This document shows, in pieces, positions 1-11,791 of a stretch of 64,000 bases of DNA (its first letter is position 1; the number at the start of each line of letters is the position of its first letter). This DNA comes from Escherichia coli. Its GTDB lineage: Bacteria > Pseudomonadota > Gammaproteobacteria > Enterobacterales > Enterobacteriaceae. The DNA is taken from assembly GCF_048403405.1 (NCBI RefSeq), contig NZ_CP183129.1; one strand, given 5' to 3'. Below the pieces are notes generated by a model that was given only the letters and a program-made list of their open reading frames with translations, was not told the DNA's origin and did not search any database. The translations under genes were made by a program, and so were the position numbers.

Positions 1-328
1 GCCAAAGACCTTTATTTGACACGAAACGCAGCGCTACCGCTTTATCGGCTTTACCCTTTGGCGGCGTCAATAAACAGTGTCCTGCCGTTAATGCCAGATT
101 GGGTGCAATCAGCGTCGCCGTACATAAATTGCCGCTGGCCGTTTCCAGTTGGCCAACCGCATCCCACGGTGATTGGGTCGTGTCATTCACTGGCACACGA
201 TCATCATGACCAAAAAACAGGGTGCTGACCTCATCGTTTGCCGATTTGGCAACGTCTGGTTTATCTGCAAACACAAAAGCAGACGTCAAACTAATTGCAC
301 CCAACACTACAGCAATGGTTGTACGCAT
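1..328 (-). CDS. ydgD: 5' portion of secreted trypsin-like serine protease (gene continues beyond window start)
   Basis: Reverse-strand translation from the ATG at 326-328 gives [21 protein letters not shown]... with a signal peptide and a TAGHC histidine active-site motif typical of S1 peptidases; position next to asr matches the K-12 neighbourhood. Not in the ORF track because it runs off the edge. Confidence 0.6.
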   Translation of the reverse strand, partial: MRTTIAVVLGAISLTSAFVFADKPDVAKSANDEVSTLFFGHDDRVPVNDTTQSPWDAVGQLETASGNLCTATLIAPNLALTAGHCLLTPPKGKADKAVALRFVSNKGLW

Positions 329-603
329 ATCACACTCTGGTGGGTAATTATGATTATTAAAAGCAAACCCTCATAAATACTATAGACGGGACGGGATGAA
401 AGTGGGAGTAAAATCAGATAACTACGATCAGGAAAGATAAAAACGGGCGGCAATCAGTGCGCATAAAATAAGGATGATAAGAATGAACTCAAAGCGATAA
501 CGGCCCACCATACTACCCTCCGCTAAAGGCGGTGCTAAACGTTATCCGCTTAGCACCGTAATTTTCAGGCGCGAGGGGGCGCGCCAGCATTACTATTGAT
601 AAC

Positions 604-912
604 TTACGCTGCGGGTTGTGCAGCAGGTTTTGCCGGTTGCTGATGGCTGTGTTTCTTGGCGTGTTTCTTCGCTGCCTGCGCTTTTTGTTCAGGAGCTTTC
701 TGTTCAGCTTTGGCATTTTTATGATGCTTTTTAGCCGCCTGCGCTTTCTGGGCAGGTGCTGCTTTATGCTGTTTTTTATGATGTGTGGTTTTCGCCGGCG
801 CTGCTTTGGTGGTCGTCGCAGTCGGAGCAGGTGTGGTCGCAGTCTCTGCAGCAAAGGCAGCAGAAGACAGACCCATAGCAGCGGCAACAACCAGAGCTAA
901 TACTTTTTTCAT
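604..912 (-). CDS. asr: acid shock protein
   Basis: Track ORF 604..939; internal start [21 protein letters not shown] followed by Lys/Ala/His-rich repeats ([14 protein letters not shown]), 102 aa from that Met. Confidence 0.85.
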   Translation of the reverse strand: MKKVLALVVAAAMGLSSAAFAAETATTPAPTATTTKAAPAKTTHHKKQHKAAPAQKAQAAKKHHKNAKAEQKAPEQKAQAAKKHAKKHSHQQPAKPAAQPAA

Positions 913-1335
913 TGTCATACCCTCAATTTGTTTTTTCATTTAACCCCACTGCGGGGCCGTTGAAATAACTATATCCCTGGGAATGGCAGACTTCCGTGAG
1001 TGGTTGGTTTCAGCGTGTAACGATATGTACAAACGCTGAATAAATTACAGCGTTGATAATAACGTATTGTGACTTAAGGGAAATTTAGCTACCAATAATA
1101 GTAGTCTTGATCGGGTTAACTATTTTACTACTTACAAAGCGGTAGAATAACTGCGCATCAGTAATAAATGACACACAGCAAAATGAATCCGTTTATTTGG
1201 GTACTTATAATCCTGATGACACTAGATGCGCTGCGGGAATTGGCTGGCGCTTCGTCTATTTTAGGATGGCTATTAACGTTGGTTTGAGCAGACAATAAGT
1301 CCGGATGGGTATTTACCGCAGTCCGGACTTATTTT

Positions 1336-2589
1336 TCAGGCGTGCAGACGACGATGCAAACGCGTCCCGACCAGCAGAGCAATGACCAGCATCAGAGCAA
1401 TAAATGCGCCGACGCCGTTCCAGCCATAGTTATGCCAGAAAACACCACCCAGCGTCCCGGCAATACTCGACCCCAGATAGTAACTGAACAGATACAGCGA
1501 GGAGGCCTGGCCTTTAGCGCGTTTTGCTCGGGGGCCGATCCAGCTGCTGGCTACTGAGTGGGCTGCGAAGAATCCGGCTGAGAAGAGTAACATTCCGGCA
1601 AAGATCAGCCACAGCGAGCTAAATAAGGTCATCAGTAAACCAAACAGCATAACCCCCGTCGAAAACAACATCACCGGACCGCGCCCATAGCGGGTGGTCA
1701 TGGTTCCGGCTTTGGGTGAGCTCCATGTACCGGTCAAATAGGCCAGCGATAATAAGCCAACCACAGCCTGACTGACATGCCAGGGGGAGAGCATCAACCG
1801 ATAGCCGATGTAATTAAACAGCGTGACGAACGACCCCATCAGCAAAAAGCCTTCTGCGAACAATAACGGTAATCCCCGGTCACGCCAGTGCAGACGAAAG
1901 TTGATAAACAACGTCTTAGGTCGCAGCGAAGTCGGGCGAAAATGGCGTGATTCAGGGAGGATTTTCCAGAACATTAACGCCGAGGCCAGCGCGAAACAAC
2001 CGATTGCCGCCAGCGCAATTCGCCAGTTGAAAAAGTCCGTGAAGACACCGCTAATTAAGCGTCCGCTCATGCCGCCAATTGAGTTGCCGCTGATATACAA
2101 CCCCATCGAAAAGGCCACGAAACTGGGGTGGATTTCCTCACTAAGATAAGTCATGCCAACAGCTGCTACGCCACTTAACGAAAGCCCAATCAAGGCGCGC
2201 ATAATCAAAATGCCGTGCCAGCTGGTCATCATTGTTGAAAGTAATGTGCAAATGGAGGCCAACAGTAGCGCCGTTACCATCACTGGTTTGCGACCAATGG
2301 CATCGGATAGCGGGCCAGTAAACAGCAAACCGATAGCCAACATCGCCGTGGAAATGGACAGTGAAATACTACTGTTCGCGGGTGTTAAGCCAAACTCTTG
2401 TGAAAGCACCGGAAGGATAGGTTGCACACAATAGAGAAGTGCGAAGGTTGCCAGTCCGGCAGAGAACAGCGCCAGGGTGACGCGCATAAATTGCGGCGTA
2501 CCGCGTTTAATAAATTGATTTGGCTGAGAAATGCTTTGCTTGTCAGTGTCGCTTGCCGGAGCGCCATCAACAGTTGTAGTACGGCTCAC
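1336..2589 (-). CDS. ynfM: MFS transporter
   Basis: 417-aa ORF with about 12 hydrophobic segments and MFS-like loops; position matches ynfM. Confidence 0.85.
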   Translation of the reverse strand: MSRTTTVDGAPASDTDKQSISQPNQFIKRGTPQFMRVTLALFSAGLATFALLYCVQPILPVLSQEFGLTPANSSISLSISTAMLAIGLLFTGPLSDAIGRKPVMVTALLLASICTLLSTMMTSWHGILIMRALIGLSLSGVAAVGMTYLSEEIHPSFVAFSMGLYISGNSIGGMSGRLISGVFTDFFNWRIALAAIGCFALASALMFWKILPESRHFRPTSLRPKTLFINFRLHWRDRGLPLLFAEGFLLMGSFVTLFNYIGYRLMLSPWHVSQAVVGLLSLAYLTGTWSSPKAGTMTTRYGRGPVMLFSTGVMLFGLLMTLFSSLWLIFAGMLLFSAGFFAAHSVASSWIGPRAKRAKGQASSLYLFSYYLGSSIAGTLGGVFWHNYGWNGVGAFIALMLVIALLVGTRLHRRLHA

Positions 2590-2695
2590 TTGAAATCCTT
2601 GCTAAATATGCCTGTGGATCAGGCTTATGAATAGATTAGGAAAATCGAATTGTTCTGTCTAATATATTAATAATCTCAAATAAGATGTTTTAAAT

Positions 2696-3589
2696 ATGAA
2701 TATTGAACTTCGTCATCTGCGTTACTTTGTTGCGGTTGCAGAAGAGCTGCATTTCGGGCGCGCCGCTGCCCGCCTGAATATTTCGCAACCACCGCTAAGT
2801 CAACAGATTCAGGCGCTGGAGCAACAAATTGGTGCCCGACTGCTGGCACGGACCAATCGCAGTGTATTGCTGACGGCAGCAGGAAAACAGTTTCTTGTAG
2901 ATAGTCGGCAAATCCTGTCTATGGTGGATGATGCTGCCGCTCGCGCTGAAAGACTGCATCAGGGTGAAGCGGGGGAGTTGCGCATTGGTTTTACTTCGTC
3001 CGCTCCTTTTATTCGGGCGGTGTCCGATACGTTATCGCTGTTTCGCCGTGATTATCCCGATGTCCATTTACAAACCCGCGAAATGAACACTCGCGAGCAA
3101 ATCGCTCCGCTCATTGAAGGAACGCTGGATATGGGATTGCTGCGTAACACAGCGTTACCGGAGACGCTTGAACACGCAGTCATCGTCCATGAACCGCTTA
3201 TGGCGATGATCCCGCACGATCATCCCCTGGCAAATAACCCGAGTGTAACGCTGGCTGAACTGGCGAAAGAACCCTTTGTCTTTTTTGATCCGCACGTAGG
3301 GACAGGGCTGTATGACGATATTCTCGGGCTGATGCGACGTTACAATTTGACGCCCGTCATCACTCAGGAGGTGGGTGAGGCAATGACCATCATCGGTCTG
3401 GTTTCCGCTGGTCTGGGTGTTTCAATTTTGCCTGCGTCATTTAAACGTGTTCAGCTCAACGAAATGCGCTGGGTGCCGATTGCTGAAGAGGATGCGGTTT
3501 CTGAAATGTGGTTGGTCTGGCCGAAACACCATGAACAAAGTCCGGCTGCGCGTAACTTTCGTATTCATCTGCTGAATGCTCTCAGGTGA
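2696..3589 (+). CDS. ynfL: LysR-family transcriptional regulator
   Basis: N-terminal HTH MNIELRHLRYFVAVAEELHFGRAAARLNISQPPLSQQIQALE is the canonical LysR signature; divergent from ynfM. Confidence 0.88.
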   Translation: MNIELRHLRYFVAVAEELHFGRAAARLNISQPPLSQQIQALEQQIGARLLARTNRSVLLTAAGKQFLVDSRQILSMVDDAAARAERLHQGEAGELRIGFTSSAPFIRAVSDTLSLFRRDYPDVHLQTREMNTREQIAPLIEGTLDMGLLRNTALPETLEHAVIVHEPLMAMIPHDHPLANNPSVTLAELAKEPFVFFDPHVGTGLYDDILGLMRRYNLTPVITQEVGEAMTIIGLVSAGLGVSILPASFKRVQLNEMRWVPIAEEDAVSEMWLVWPKHHEQSPAARNFRIHLLNALR

Positions 3590-3723
3590 GGGAAATTTCA
3601 GCGAAAAAGCCCGAAAAATGTGCTGTTAATCACATGCCTAAGTAAAAATTTGACGACACGTATTGAAGTGCTTCACCATAGCCTACAGATTATTTCGGAG
3701 CGCGAAAATATAGGGAGTATGCG

Positions 3724-4944
3724 GTGGTTGCTGAAAATCAGCCTGGGCACATTGATCAAATAAAGCAGACCAACGCGGGCGCGGTTTATCGCCTGATTGA
3801 TCAGCTTGGTCCAGTCTCGCGTATCGATCTTTCCCGTCTGGCGCAGCTGGCTCCTGCCAGTATCACTAAAATTGTCCGTGAGATGCTCGAAGCACACCTG
3901 GTGCAAGAGCTGGAAATCAAAGAAGCGGGGAACCGTGGCCGTCCGGCAGTGGGGCTGGTGGTTGAAACTGAAGCCTGGCACTATCTTTCTCTGCGCATTA
4001 GTCGCGGGGAGATTTTCCTTGCTTTGCGCGATCTGAGCAGCAAACTGGTAGTGGAGGAGTCGCAGGAACTGGCGTTAAAAGATGATTCGCCATTGCTGGA
4101 TCGTATCATTTCCCATATCGATCAGTTTTTTATCCGCCACCAGAAAAAACTTGAGCGTCTGACTTCGATTGCCATTACCTTGCCGGGAATTATTGATACG
4201 GAAAATGGTATTGTACATCGCATGCCGTTCTACGAGGATGTAAAAGAGATGCCGCTCGGCGAGGCGCTGGAGCAGCATACCGGCGTACCGGTTTATATTC
4301 AGCATGATATCAGCGCATGGACGATGGCTGAGGCCTTGTTTGGTGCCTCACGCGGGGCGCGCGATGTGATTCAGGTAGTTATCGATCACAACGTGGGGGC
4401 GGGCGTCATTACCGATGGTCATCTGCTACACGCAGGCAGCAGTAGCCTCGTGGAAATAGGTCACACGCAGGTCGACCCGTATGGGAAACGCTGTTATTGC
4501 GGGAATCACGGCTGCCTCGAAACCATCGCCAGTGTGGACAGTATTCTTGAGCTGGCACAGCTGCGTCTTAATCAATCCATGAGCTCGATGTTACATGGAC
4601 AGCCGTTAACCGTGGACTCATTGTGTCAGGCGGCATTGCGCGGCGATCTACTGGCAAAAGACATCATTACCGGGGTGGGCGCGCATGTCGGGCGCATTCT
4701 TGCCATCATGGTGAATTTATTTAACCCACAAAAAATACTGATTGGCTCACCGTTAAGTAAAGCGGCAGATATCCTCTTCCCGGTCATCTCGGACAGCATC
4801 CGTCAGCAGGCCCTTCCTGCGTATAGTCAGCACATTAGCGTTGAGAGTACTCAGTTTTCTAACCAGGGCACGATGGCAGGCGCTGCGCTGGTAAAAGACG
4901 CGATGTATAACGGTTCTTTGTTGATTCGTCTGTTGCAGGGTTAA
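3724..4944 (+). CDS. mlc: ROK-family global repressor Mlc (DgsA)
   Basis: 406 aa; N-terminal winged-helix domain and ROK sugar-kinase-like core with the Zn motif CYCGNHGCLE. Confidence 0.9.
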   Translation: MVAENQPGHIDQIKQTNAGAVYRLIDQLGPVSRIDLSRLAQLAPASITKIVREMLEAHLVQELEIKEAGNRGRPAVGLVVETEAWHYLSLRISRGEIFLALRDLSSKLVVEESQELALKDDSPLLDRIISHIDQFFIRHQKKLERLTSIAITLPGIIDTENGIVHRMPFYEDVKEMPLGEALEQHTGVPVYIQHDISAWTMAEALFGASRGARDVIQVVIDHNVGAGVITDGHLLHAGSSSLVEIGHTQVDPYGKRCYCGNHGCLETIASVDSILELAQLRLNQSMSSMLHGQPLTVDSLCQAALRGDLLAKDIITGVGAHVGRILAIMVNLFNPQKILIGSPLSKAADILFPVISDSIRQQALPAYSQHISVESTQFSNQGTMAGAALVKDAMYNGSLLIRLLQG

Positions 4945-5068
4945 CATTTTTTAACTGTTCTACCAAAATTTGCGCTATCTCAATTTGGGCCAGGAAAGCA
5001 TAACTTAGACTTTCAAGGTTAATTATTTTCCTGGTTTATATTTGTGAAGCATAACGGTGGAGTTAGTG

Positions 5069-5764
5069 ATGCTGAAGCGTTTCTTTATTACCGGTACAGA
5101 CACTTCTGTAGGGAAAACGGTGGTTTCCCGCGCATTGCTACAAGCGTTAGCCTCCCAGGGAAAAACGGTTGCGGGATATAAACCCGTAGCGAAGGGGAGC
5201 AAAGAGACACCCGAAGGGCTGCGTAATAAAGATGCCCTGGTGTTGCAGAGTGTTTCAACCATCGAACTGCCTTATGAAGCAGTGAATCCTATCGCGTTAA
5301 GCGAAGAAGAAAGTAGCGTGGCGCACAGTTGCCCAATCAATTACACCCTCATTTCAAACGGCCTGGCAAACCTGACCGATAAAGTCGATCATGTGGTGGT
5401 AGAAGGGACTGGCGGCTGGCGCAGTCTGATGAATGATTTGCGTCCGCTCTCTGAATGGGTGGTGCAGGAACAACTGCCGGTGTTGATGGTTGTCGGTATT
5501 CAGGAAGGTTGCATTAACCATGCACTGCTAACAGCTCAGGCGATCGCCAACGACGGGCTACCGCTCATTGGCTGGGTGGCTAACCGAATCAACCCAGGAC
5601 TTGCGCATTATGCGGAAATCATTGATGTGCTCGGTAAAAAACTTCCGGCACCGCTCATTGGTGAACTGCCTTATCTGCCGCGCGCCGAACAGCGTGAACT
5701 GGGGCAATACATCCGCTTAGCTATGCTTCGCAGTGTGCTGGCGGTAGATAGAGTCACGGTGTAA
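5069..5764 (+). CDS. ynfK: dethiobiotin synthetase paralog (BioD-like ATPase)
   Basis: P-loop [12 protein letters not shown] near the N-terminus; 231 aa from the MLKRFF start; located between mlc and clcB. Confidence 0.85.
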   Translation: MLKRFFITGTDTSVGKTVVSRALLQALASQGKTVAGYKPVAKGSKETPEGLRNKDALVLQSVSTIELPYEAVNPIALSEEESSVAHSCPINYTLISNGLANLTDKVDHVVVEGTGGWRSLMNDLRPLSEWVVQEQLPVLMVVGIQEGCINHALLTAQAIANDGLPLIGWVANRINPGLAHYAEIIDVLGKKLPAPLIGELPYLPRAEQRELGQYIRLAMLRSVLAVDRVTV

Positions 5765-6973
5765 CGTCCGCGAAATTACCGACGCAATTACGCAGGCAAT
5801 CAATAAACCGGGGAGTAGCTGATACTCCCCGGTCATTTCACATATCATCAACGTCGACATAATCGGCGCGTGCGTGGTTGCCGCCAACAGTGTCGCCATC
5901 CCGGTCAATCCGAGTAAAAGCGTAATTTCTTCGCCATCAGGGAACCATAATCCCAGGCTACGACCATACAACATGCCAATGGCAAGACCGATAAATAGCG
6001 TCGGTGTAAAGACACCACCGGGCGCGCCAGAACCACTACTCGCCAGCACGGCAAACAGTTTACAGAGGAAGATCCCGGCAATGATCATTAACAGTGGCGG
6101 AGCGGTTAAAAAGGATTGTACGGTGCTATAGCCGTTGCCCCACACTGCAGGTGTGAACAGGGAAAGCAGACCCACGATCAACCCGCCCAGTGCCAGTTGC
6201 CAGGGCGGCGCAAGCTTGAGACTTACAAATTCACGATGACAGGCGTTCATCAACGTTAACAACAGTGGTCCGCACAGACCTGCCAGCACACCTGTACTGA
6301 TAATCAGCGCATAGTCACGAGCCTGAACCGTCACTGAGAGTTGTACACTGTAGAGTAACGCGTCGCTATGATTAATCAGATTGCTAACCAGCAATGCCAC
6401 GACGGCGGAAATAATCACCGGGCCGAGAGAGGCCAACATCATAGTGCCAAACAGCACTTCGGCTATAAATAAACTGCCAGCAAGCGGGGCGCGATAGGCC
6501 GCAGCCATTCCCGCCGCAGCTCCACAGGCGATCCATAATTTCCACTCCTGGCGTGGCGTAAAACGTTGGGCAAAACAGGAGGCGGCAAGGGCAGCTAAAA
6601 GAATCATCGCACCTTCGCGACCAATTGCACTGCCGCTGGTTACTACCAGCAGAGAGGCAAGGGATTTAACCAGGCTTGCTGCGTAATCAAACTGCCCATC
6701 GGTTTGCAACGCTTCCATGTAATCGGTCGGCGCATGAGGGCGTTGCTGGGTAAATTTCTGCCAGCCCATCAGCAACAAACCCGCCGCCAGTCCGCCGAGC
6801 GCCGGAGTTAGCAGCCGTCGCCAGGGGGAAAGATTTGTCGCTGCATTGACCAGACTGCCCGAGTCATTATTGAGGAACAACCACTCCAGTAGCAGCATTG
6901 CATGACGAAACCCGGCAACGGCAAAGGCCGCAAGAATACCGACGACTGTTGCGATAAGCAGACGGCGGAACAT
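5717..6973 (-). CDS. clcB: ClC-family voltage-gated chloride channel
   Basis: Polytopic membrane protein with ClC selectivity motifs (GSAIGREGA, GxFxP-type GVFTPT); 418 aa from the [12 protein letters not shown] start. Confidence 0.88.
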   Translation of the reverse strand: MFRRLLIATVVGILAAFAVAGFRHAMLLLEWLFLNNDSGSLVNAATNLSPWRRLLTPALGGLAAGLLLMGWQKFTQQRPHAPTDYMEALQTDGQFDYAASLVKSLASLLVVTSGSAIGREGAMILLAALAASCFAQRFTPRQEWKLWIACGAAAGMAAAYRAPLAGSLFIAEVLFGTMMLASLGPVIISAVVALLVSNLINHSDALLYSVQLSVTVQARDYALIISTGVLAGLCGPLLLTLMNACHREFVSLKLAPPWQLALGGLIVGLLSLFTPAVWGNGYSTVQSFLTAPPLLMIIAGIFLCKLFAVLASSGSGAPGGVFTPTLFIGLAIGMLYGRSLGLWFPDGEEITLLLGLTGMATLLAATTHAPIMSTLMICEMTGEYQLLPGLLIACVIASVISRTLHRDSIYRQHTAKHS

Positions 6974-7166
6974 AGTGCGCAGATCCGGATAGATGTGTAG
7001 ATGATGCATGAGCAGAAATGGGCAATGAAATACGGGCGACTATTTTGCGGCAAAAGAAGCCAGACGCAAAAGCAGTGCGTGCTTTAAGAGATAAAAAACG
7101 TGACACTGTAACCTATTATTGCCGAATTGCGCCTAATCGACACCATCCGGCAATATTACGGTGATC

Positions 7167-7781
7167 CTATCGAAAGAGTGGTTTAACCGCGACAGGAATT
7201 AACAGTTGTGATTGCCATTGCGCCAGCGTTAAGCGAGCCAGTTCACCCAGTGCACGGTAGAAAGGGTGTTCTGCTTTTTCGATAAAAACGTCAAGAAAAC
7301 GTGTTGACCACGGAAAAAGGTGCCATGCCAGCAATTCTTCGCATTCTGTCTGGCGACCATTCTCCGCCAACCACGCAGCCATCAACAGCAGTGAACCAAA
7401 ATGATCTTCCGGTTCGTTTTGCTTCATTTCAAACTGAATGCCTTTCTCGCGCATCCACTGACGAAGTGCCAATGTTGAATCGCCAAACAGCACAGATTCG
7501 CGATCCAGCCAGACCGACCCCCACGGCGGTGATGGCAGAGCCCACGGACCGACAAACAAACGCTGCCAGGCCTGGGCGCGAGTCTCTTCACTCTGTGCCT
7601 GAAAAGCCGTCACCAGCGGCGCTAATGACGCTTCTGGTAGAGGCCACTGAGTTTCCCAGCCGTCACGGGTGAGTACCGCAACCAGAGGTGCGGCTTCCGC
7701 ACTCTCTGGAGCGTAATAAAACAGCGCGCCCAACACGCGCGCCGCGACAGAAAAATTATCTTGCTGTGAAAAATGGGTCAT
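7167..7781 (-). CDS. dmsD: Tat proofreading chaperone DmsD
   Basis: 204-aa TorD/DmsD-family protein directly downstream of the ynfEFGH operon. Confidence 0.88.
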   Translation of the reverse strand: MTHFSQQDNFSVAARVLGALFYYAPESAEAAPLVAVLTRDGWETQWPLPEASLAPLVTAFQAQSEETRAQAWQRLFVGPWALPSPPWGSVWLDRESVLFGDSTLALRQWMREKGIQFEMKQNEPEDHFGSLLLMAAWLAENGRQTECEELLAWHLFPWSTRFLDVFIEKAEHPFYRALGELARLTLAQWQSQLLIPVAVKPLFR

Positions 7782-7823
7782 TCCTAACATCCTGAAATGT
7801 GCGGGTTGCCCCGCACCAATTTG

Positions 7824-8678
7824 TTAACCTGCAATAGCCATTCCTACCGTCATGTGCAGGCCATAAAAGAGCACACGCCCGATCATCTCACCGCCAAGTA
7901 TGAGGATTAGCCCCAGAACAAGTCCGGCAACGTGAGGTTCACGGCGACGAATGAGCGGACAAAGCCAGCATCCTAGACCTGCGCATAACAATACCACACG
8001 CCAGACCTGTAAGGAGGCGTAATCTGGTACCAGTGCGCTGGCTTGTTGTACGGATGAGTGAATAGACGCCAGAGACAAACCTTGCAGCACAATCACCCCG
8101 GCACAAGCGATCAGCGCCAGAACGCTAATGATGGCAAAGGGTGTGGTATTAAATGTAATGCGGGCTGCCCGCAGAATTGCGGCAGCAAGTATTGGACCGC
8201 TCAACAATACTGTCAGGAAGAAAGCCAGCGTAGTGTAACCGTTATGCCAGGTTGGCACTGTGTCGATTTGATACACGCAGGTCATCATCCAGACGAAAAT
8301 GACGCCGAGCGCCATGCTGACAAGTAACCAGAGTTTCCCCAACGCTTGCGGCATTTTACCGATGACTGCCACCAGCCACCATAATCCGCCAACGGCAAAA
8401 AATATTGAACCGGCAGCAATTTCGTTACTCAGACCAGAAGCACCGATTCGATTCAGCGAGTTAAACGCTCGCAGTGGCGATCCCAGGTGCATGACAGAGG
8501 CAATAAACCCGATGCCCATCAACAGCCAGAGGAAAAACATGCCACGGACAATACGCTGACGGTCTGCGTCATTATTGGCGGCGAACCAGCCAATTCCGCT
8601 AACAATCAGCGCGCCTACTACGCATTGACCCAATACGGTAAAGATAACCAGTGGCCATTCATGCCATCCATTTCCCAT
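7824..8678 (-). CDS. ynfH: DMSO-reductase-type membrane anchor subunit
   Basis: 284-aa hydrophobic DmsC-like protein starting MGNGWHEWPLVIF; overlaps the ynfG stop. Confidence 0.88.
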   Translation of the reverse strand: MGNGWHEWPLVIFTVLGQCVVGALIVSGIGWFAANNDADRQRIVRGMFFLWLLMGIGFIASVMHLGSPLRAFNSLNRIGASGLSNEIAAGSIFFAVGGLWWLVAVIGKMPQALGKLWLLVSMALGVIFVWMMTCVYQIDTVPTWHNGYTTLAFFLTVLLSGPILAAAILRAARITFNTTPFAIISVLALIACAGVIVLQGLSLASIHSSVQQASALVPDYASLQVWRVVLLCAGLGCWLCPLIRRREPHVAGLVLGLILILGGEMIGRVLFYGLHMTVGMAIAG

Positions 8679-8679
8679 T

Positions 8680-9297
8680 TTACACTTCCTCCGGATTAGC
8701 CAGATAACCAGTGGTATCGCCGGTCGGGCGGCTATTGGCGTTAGGTTTGATAACGATATTGGGTTTTGTGAAATGCGCGCGCGGCAGTGGCGCGACGGCA
8801 GCCAGAGTGCCGTGCTTCTGGCGCAGCTCTTCAATTGGACCGAACTCAAGTGCACGCAGCGGGCAGGATTCGACACATATGGGTTGTTTCCCCTCGGCGA
8901 CGCGCGAATAACAACCATCGCACTTCGTCATGTGCCCTTTTTCAGCATTGTACTGTGGCGCGCCGTACGGACAAGCCATGTGGCAGTAGCGGCAGCCGAT
9001 ACAAACATCTTCATCAACCACCACAAAGCCATCTTCACGCTTATGCATTGCGCCGCTGGGGCAGACTTTTGTACATGCGGGGTCATCGCAATGGTTACAG
9101 GAGATGGAGAGATAATAAGCGAACACGTTCTGGTGCCAGACGCCATTATCTTCCTGCCAGTCGCCGCCAGCATATTCATAAATACGGCGGAAACTGACTT
9201 CCGGGCCAAGATCTTTAAAATCTTTGCACGCCAGTTCGCAGGTTTTACAGCCAGTACAGCGGCTGGAATCGATAAAAAATCCATATTGTGTGGTCAT
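8680..9297 (-). CDS. ynfG: 4Fe-4S ferredoxin-type electron-transfer subunit (DmsB-like)
   Basis: 205 aa with four CxxCxxCxxxCP ferredoxin clusters. Confidence 0.9.
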   Translation of the reverse strand: MTTQYGFFIDSSRCTGCKTCELACKDFKDLGPEVSFRRIYEYAGGDWQEDNGVWHQNVFAYYLSISCNHCDDPACTKVCPSGAMHKREDGFVVVDEDVCIGCRYCHMACPYGAPQYNAEKGHMTKCDGCYSRVAEGKQPICVESCPLRALEFGPIEELRQKHGTLAAVAPLPRAHFTKPNIVIKPNANSRPTGDTTGYLANPEEV

Positions 9298-9307
9298 GGG
9301 CTACTCC

Positions 9308-11731
9308 TTAAACCTTTTCGATCTGGACAAGATTGCTGTGCGACGGGTTTCCCTTTGCCAGCGGTGAAGGGCGGTGAGAGGTCAGAATATTGATACTGCC
9401 GCCGTGATCGACCCGGTCACCAAACATATCCGCTTTAAGCCACGCACCTTGCCCGATGGCGGTAACGCCAGGCAGAATACGCGGAGTCACTTTTGCGGCA
9501 ATCAGCATTTCTCCATTATTGTTAAATACCCGCACGGTATCGCCATGACGGATACCGCGTGCCTGAGCATCAATAGGGTTGATCCACACCTCTTGTGGGC
9601 AGGCCTGCTGTAACACATCAATATTGCCGTAGCTGGAGTGGGTACGCGCTTTGTAGTGGAAGCCCGTTAGCTGCAGTGGATAGGTTTTCCGCAGGGGATC
9701 GTCCCAGCCATCAAAACCTGGGGTATACGCAGGAAGGGGATGAATAATTTCATCTTTTTTCAATTCCCAGGTATCCGCAATCGTCGCCAGTCGTTCAGAA
9801 TAAATTTCGATTTTCCCCGAAGGTGTTTTCAACGGGTTTGCCTGTGGATCTTCACGGAATGCGCGGAAAGCGACGTAGTGTTCTTCCGGGCATTTTTTCT
9901 TAAAGATCCCGGTCGTTTTCATCTCCTCGTAGTCGGGCATCTCAGGGTTACGTTCCTTCGTTTTCGCATGGAGATATTTGATCCATTCATGCTGACTGCG
10001 ACCTTCAGTAAAGGTTTGATAAACGTCTGGTCCTAAGCGTTTGGCGACTTCGCTCAGCATCCAGTAGATGGGTTTGCGTTCAAATTTTGCTGAGGTTGCG
10101 GGTTGGGCGAGGATCACATAGCCCATATTCCCGGCAGATTCGTGAGAGATAAGGTCTTCTTGCTCTGTTGGCATCAGGTCGGGCAACAGGATATCGCAAT
10201 ACTTAGCCGAGGCCGTCATGAAGTGGTCAATGCCAACAATCATCTCGCACTTGCTGTCATCCTGAAGCACCTCATGGGTGTGATTGATGTCGCCATGTTG
10301 ATTGATCAATGTGTTACTGGCGTAGCACCATAAAAACTTGATGGGGACATCCAGTTTTTCTTTTCCACGAACACCATCACGGGTCGCGGTCATTTCCGTA
10401 CCATGGTCGATGGCATCTGTCCATGTAAAGACGGAAATCTGCGTTTTAACAGGATTCTCAAGCATCGGGAACCATTCTACCCCCAGATCCCAGCTACCTT
10501 CGCGTACACCTGAGTTGCCGCCGTTTATGCCGACGTTACCGGTGAGAACGGAAAGCATGGCAATAGCGCGGGACGTTTGCTCGCCGTTGGAGTGTCGTTG
10601 TGGCCCCCAACCCTGACAAATATAAGCAGGTTTTGCTGAACCGATCTCTCGTGCCAACTGGATAATTTTTTCTGCCGGGATGCTGGTGATTTTTGCTGCC
10701 CATTCCGGCGTTTTAGCTATGCCGTCAGGCCCTTCGCCCAGAATATAGGCTTTATAATGCGCGTTACGTGGTGCGTTGGCGGGCAGCGTTTTTTCATCGT
10801 AACCAACACAATATTTGTCGAGAAATGGCTGATCGACCATGTTTTCAGTAATCAGTACCCAGGCAATCGCACAGGCCAGTGCGCCATCGGTGCCTGGGCG
10901 AATGGGCAGCCATTCATCTTCACGCCCGGCAGCAGTGTCGTTATAACGTGGATCGATGACGATCATGCGTGCGTTTGAACGTTCTCGGGCTTGCTCGACG
11001 TAGTAAGTGACACCACCGCCGCTCATCCGGGTTTCTGCCGGGTTATTTCCGAACATAACGACCAGTTTCGTATTGGCTATATCATCCGGGCTGTTGCCAT
11101 CATTGGCACCGAACATATAACTCATTGCGGCACTGATTTGAGCGGTACTGTAGCTGCCATAGCGACTGAGAAAACCACCGCAAGAGTTCATCAGACGGTA
11201 CGGGACGTTCGAGTTGGTGATGTTTCCGCCATCTACGCCTGTTCCGTACAGGACATGTACAGCCTCATTGCCGTATTCTTTCAGGATCCGCCGAAGATTA
11301 TCACTGATGGTATCCAGGGCTTCATCCCAACTTATCCGTTCAAATTTACCTTCACCGCGCTTGCCGACGCGCTTCATGGGATATTTCAACCTGTCAGGAT
11401 GATTCATCCGTCGGCGGATAGAGCGCCCGCGTAAACACGCCCGAACCTGATGATTACCGTAGACGTCGTCACCTGTCGTATCAGACTCCACCCAGTACAC
11501 GGTGTCATCTTTCACATGCAAACGTAACAGACAGCGGCTCCCGCAGTTAACGGTGCAGGAACTCCAGACCGCTTTCTCTTCTACCGGTGCCTCTGCCGCT
11601 CGGACCATTTGGGAAAATGGCAGAGTGAAAGCACTGCTTGCCAGCGCAAGACTGCCAAGTGCGGAGGTTTTCATCAGACTTCTACGGCTGATTTCAGCCT
11701 TCATGAGCGCCTCTGTGATATGGATTTTCAT
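9308..11731 (-). CDS. ynfF: molybdopterin oxidoreductase catalytic subunit (DmsA paralog)
   Basis: About 807 aa; twin-arginine signal SRRSLMKTSALGSLALA; Mo-bisMGD oxidoreductase domains. Confidence 0.9.
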   Translation of the reverse strand: MKIHITEALMKAEISRRSLMKTSALGSLALASSAFTLPFSQMVRAAEAPVEEKAVWSSCTVNCGSRCLLRLHVKDDTVYWVESDTTGDDVYGNHQVRACLRGRSIRRRMNHPDRLKYPMKRVGKRGEGKFERISWDEALDTISDNLRRILKEYGNEAVHVLYGTGVDGGNITNSNVPYRLMNSCGGFLSRYGSYSTAQISAAMSYMFGANDGNSPDDIANTKLVVMFGNNPAETRMSGGGVTYYVEQARERSNARMIVIDPRYNDTAAGREDEWLPIRPGTDGALACAIAWVLITENMVDQPFLDKYCVGYDEKTLPANAPRNAHYKAYILGEGPDGIAKTPEWAAKITSIPAEKIIQLAREIGSAKPAYICQGWGPQRHSNGEQTSRAIAMLSVLTGNVGINGGNSGVREGSWDLGVEWFPMLENPVKTQISVFTWTDAIDHGTEMTATRDGVRGKEKLDVPIKFLWCYASNTLINQHGDINHTHEVLQDDSKCEMIVGIDHFMTASAKYCDILLPDLMPTEQEDLISHESAGNMGYVILAQPATSAKFERKPIYWMLSEVAKRLGPDVYQTFTEGRSQHEWIKYLHAKTKERNPEMPDYEEMKTTGIFKKKCPEEHYVAFRAFREDPQANPLKTPSGKIEIYSERLATIADTWELKKDEIIHPLPAYTPGFDGWDDPLRKTYPLQLTGFHYKARTHSSYGNIDVLQQACPQEVWINPIDAQARGIRHGDTVRVFNNNGEMLIAAKVTPRILPGVTAIGQGAWLKADMFGDRVDHGGSINILTSHRPSPLAKGNPSHSNLVQIEKV

Positions 11732-11791
11732 CATTACTCACTTATTGCTTTTCAAACAAAATGTCATGTCAGAATTTATGGTTGTAGTGGG

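Noticed and set aside
616-900. 94-aa plus-strand ORF
   Set aside because: Antisense to asr; Cys/Arg/Phe-rich composition typical of a mirror frame of the Lys/Ala-rich asr repeats.
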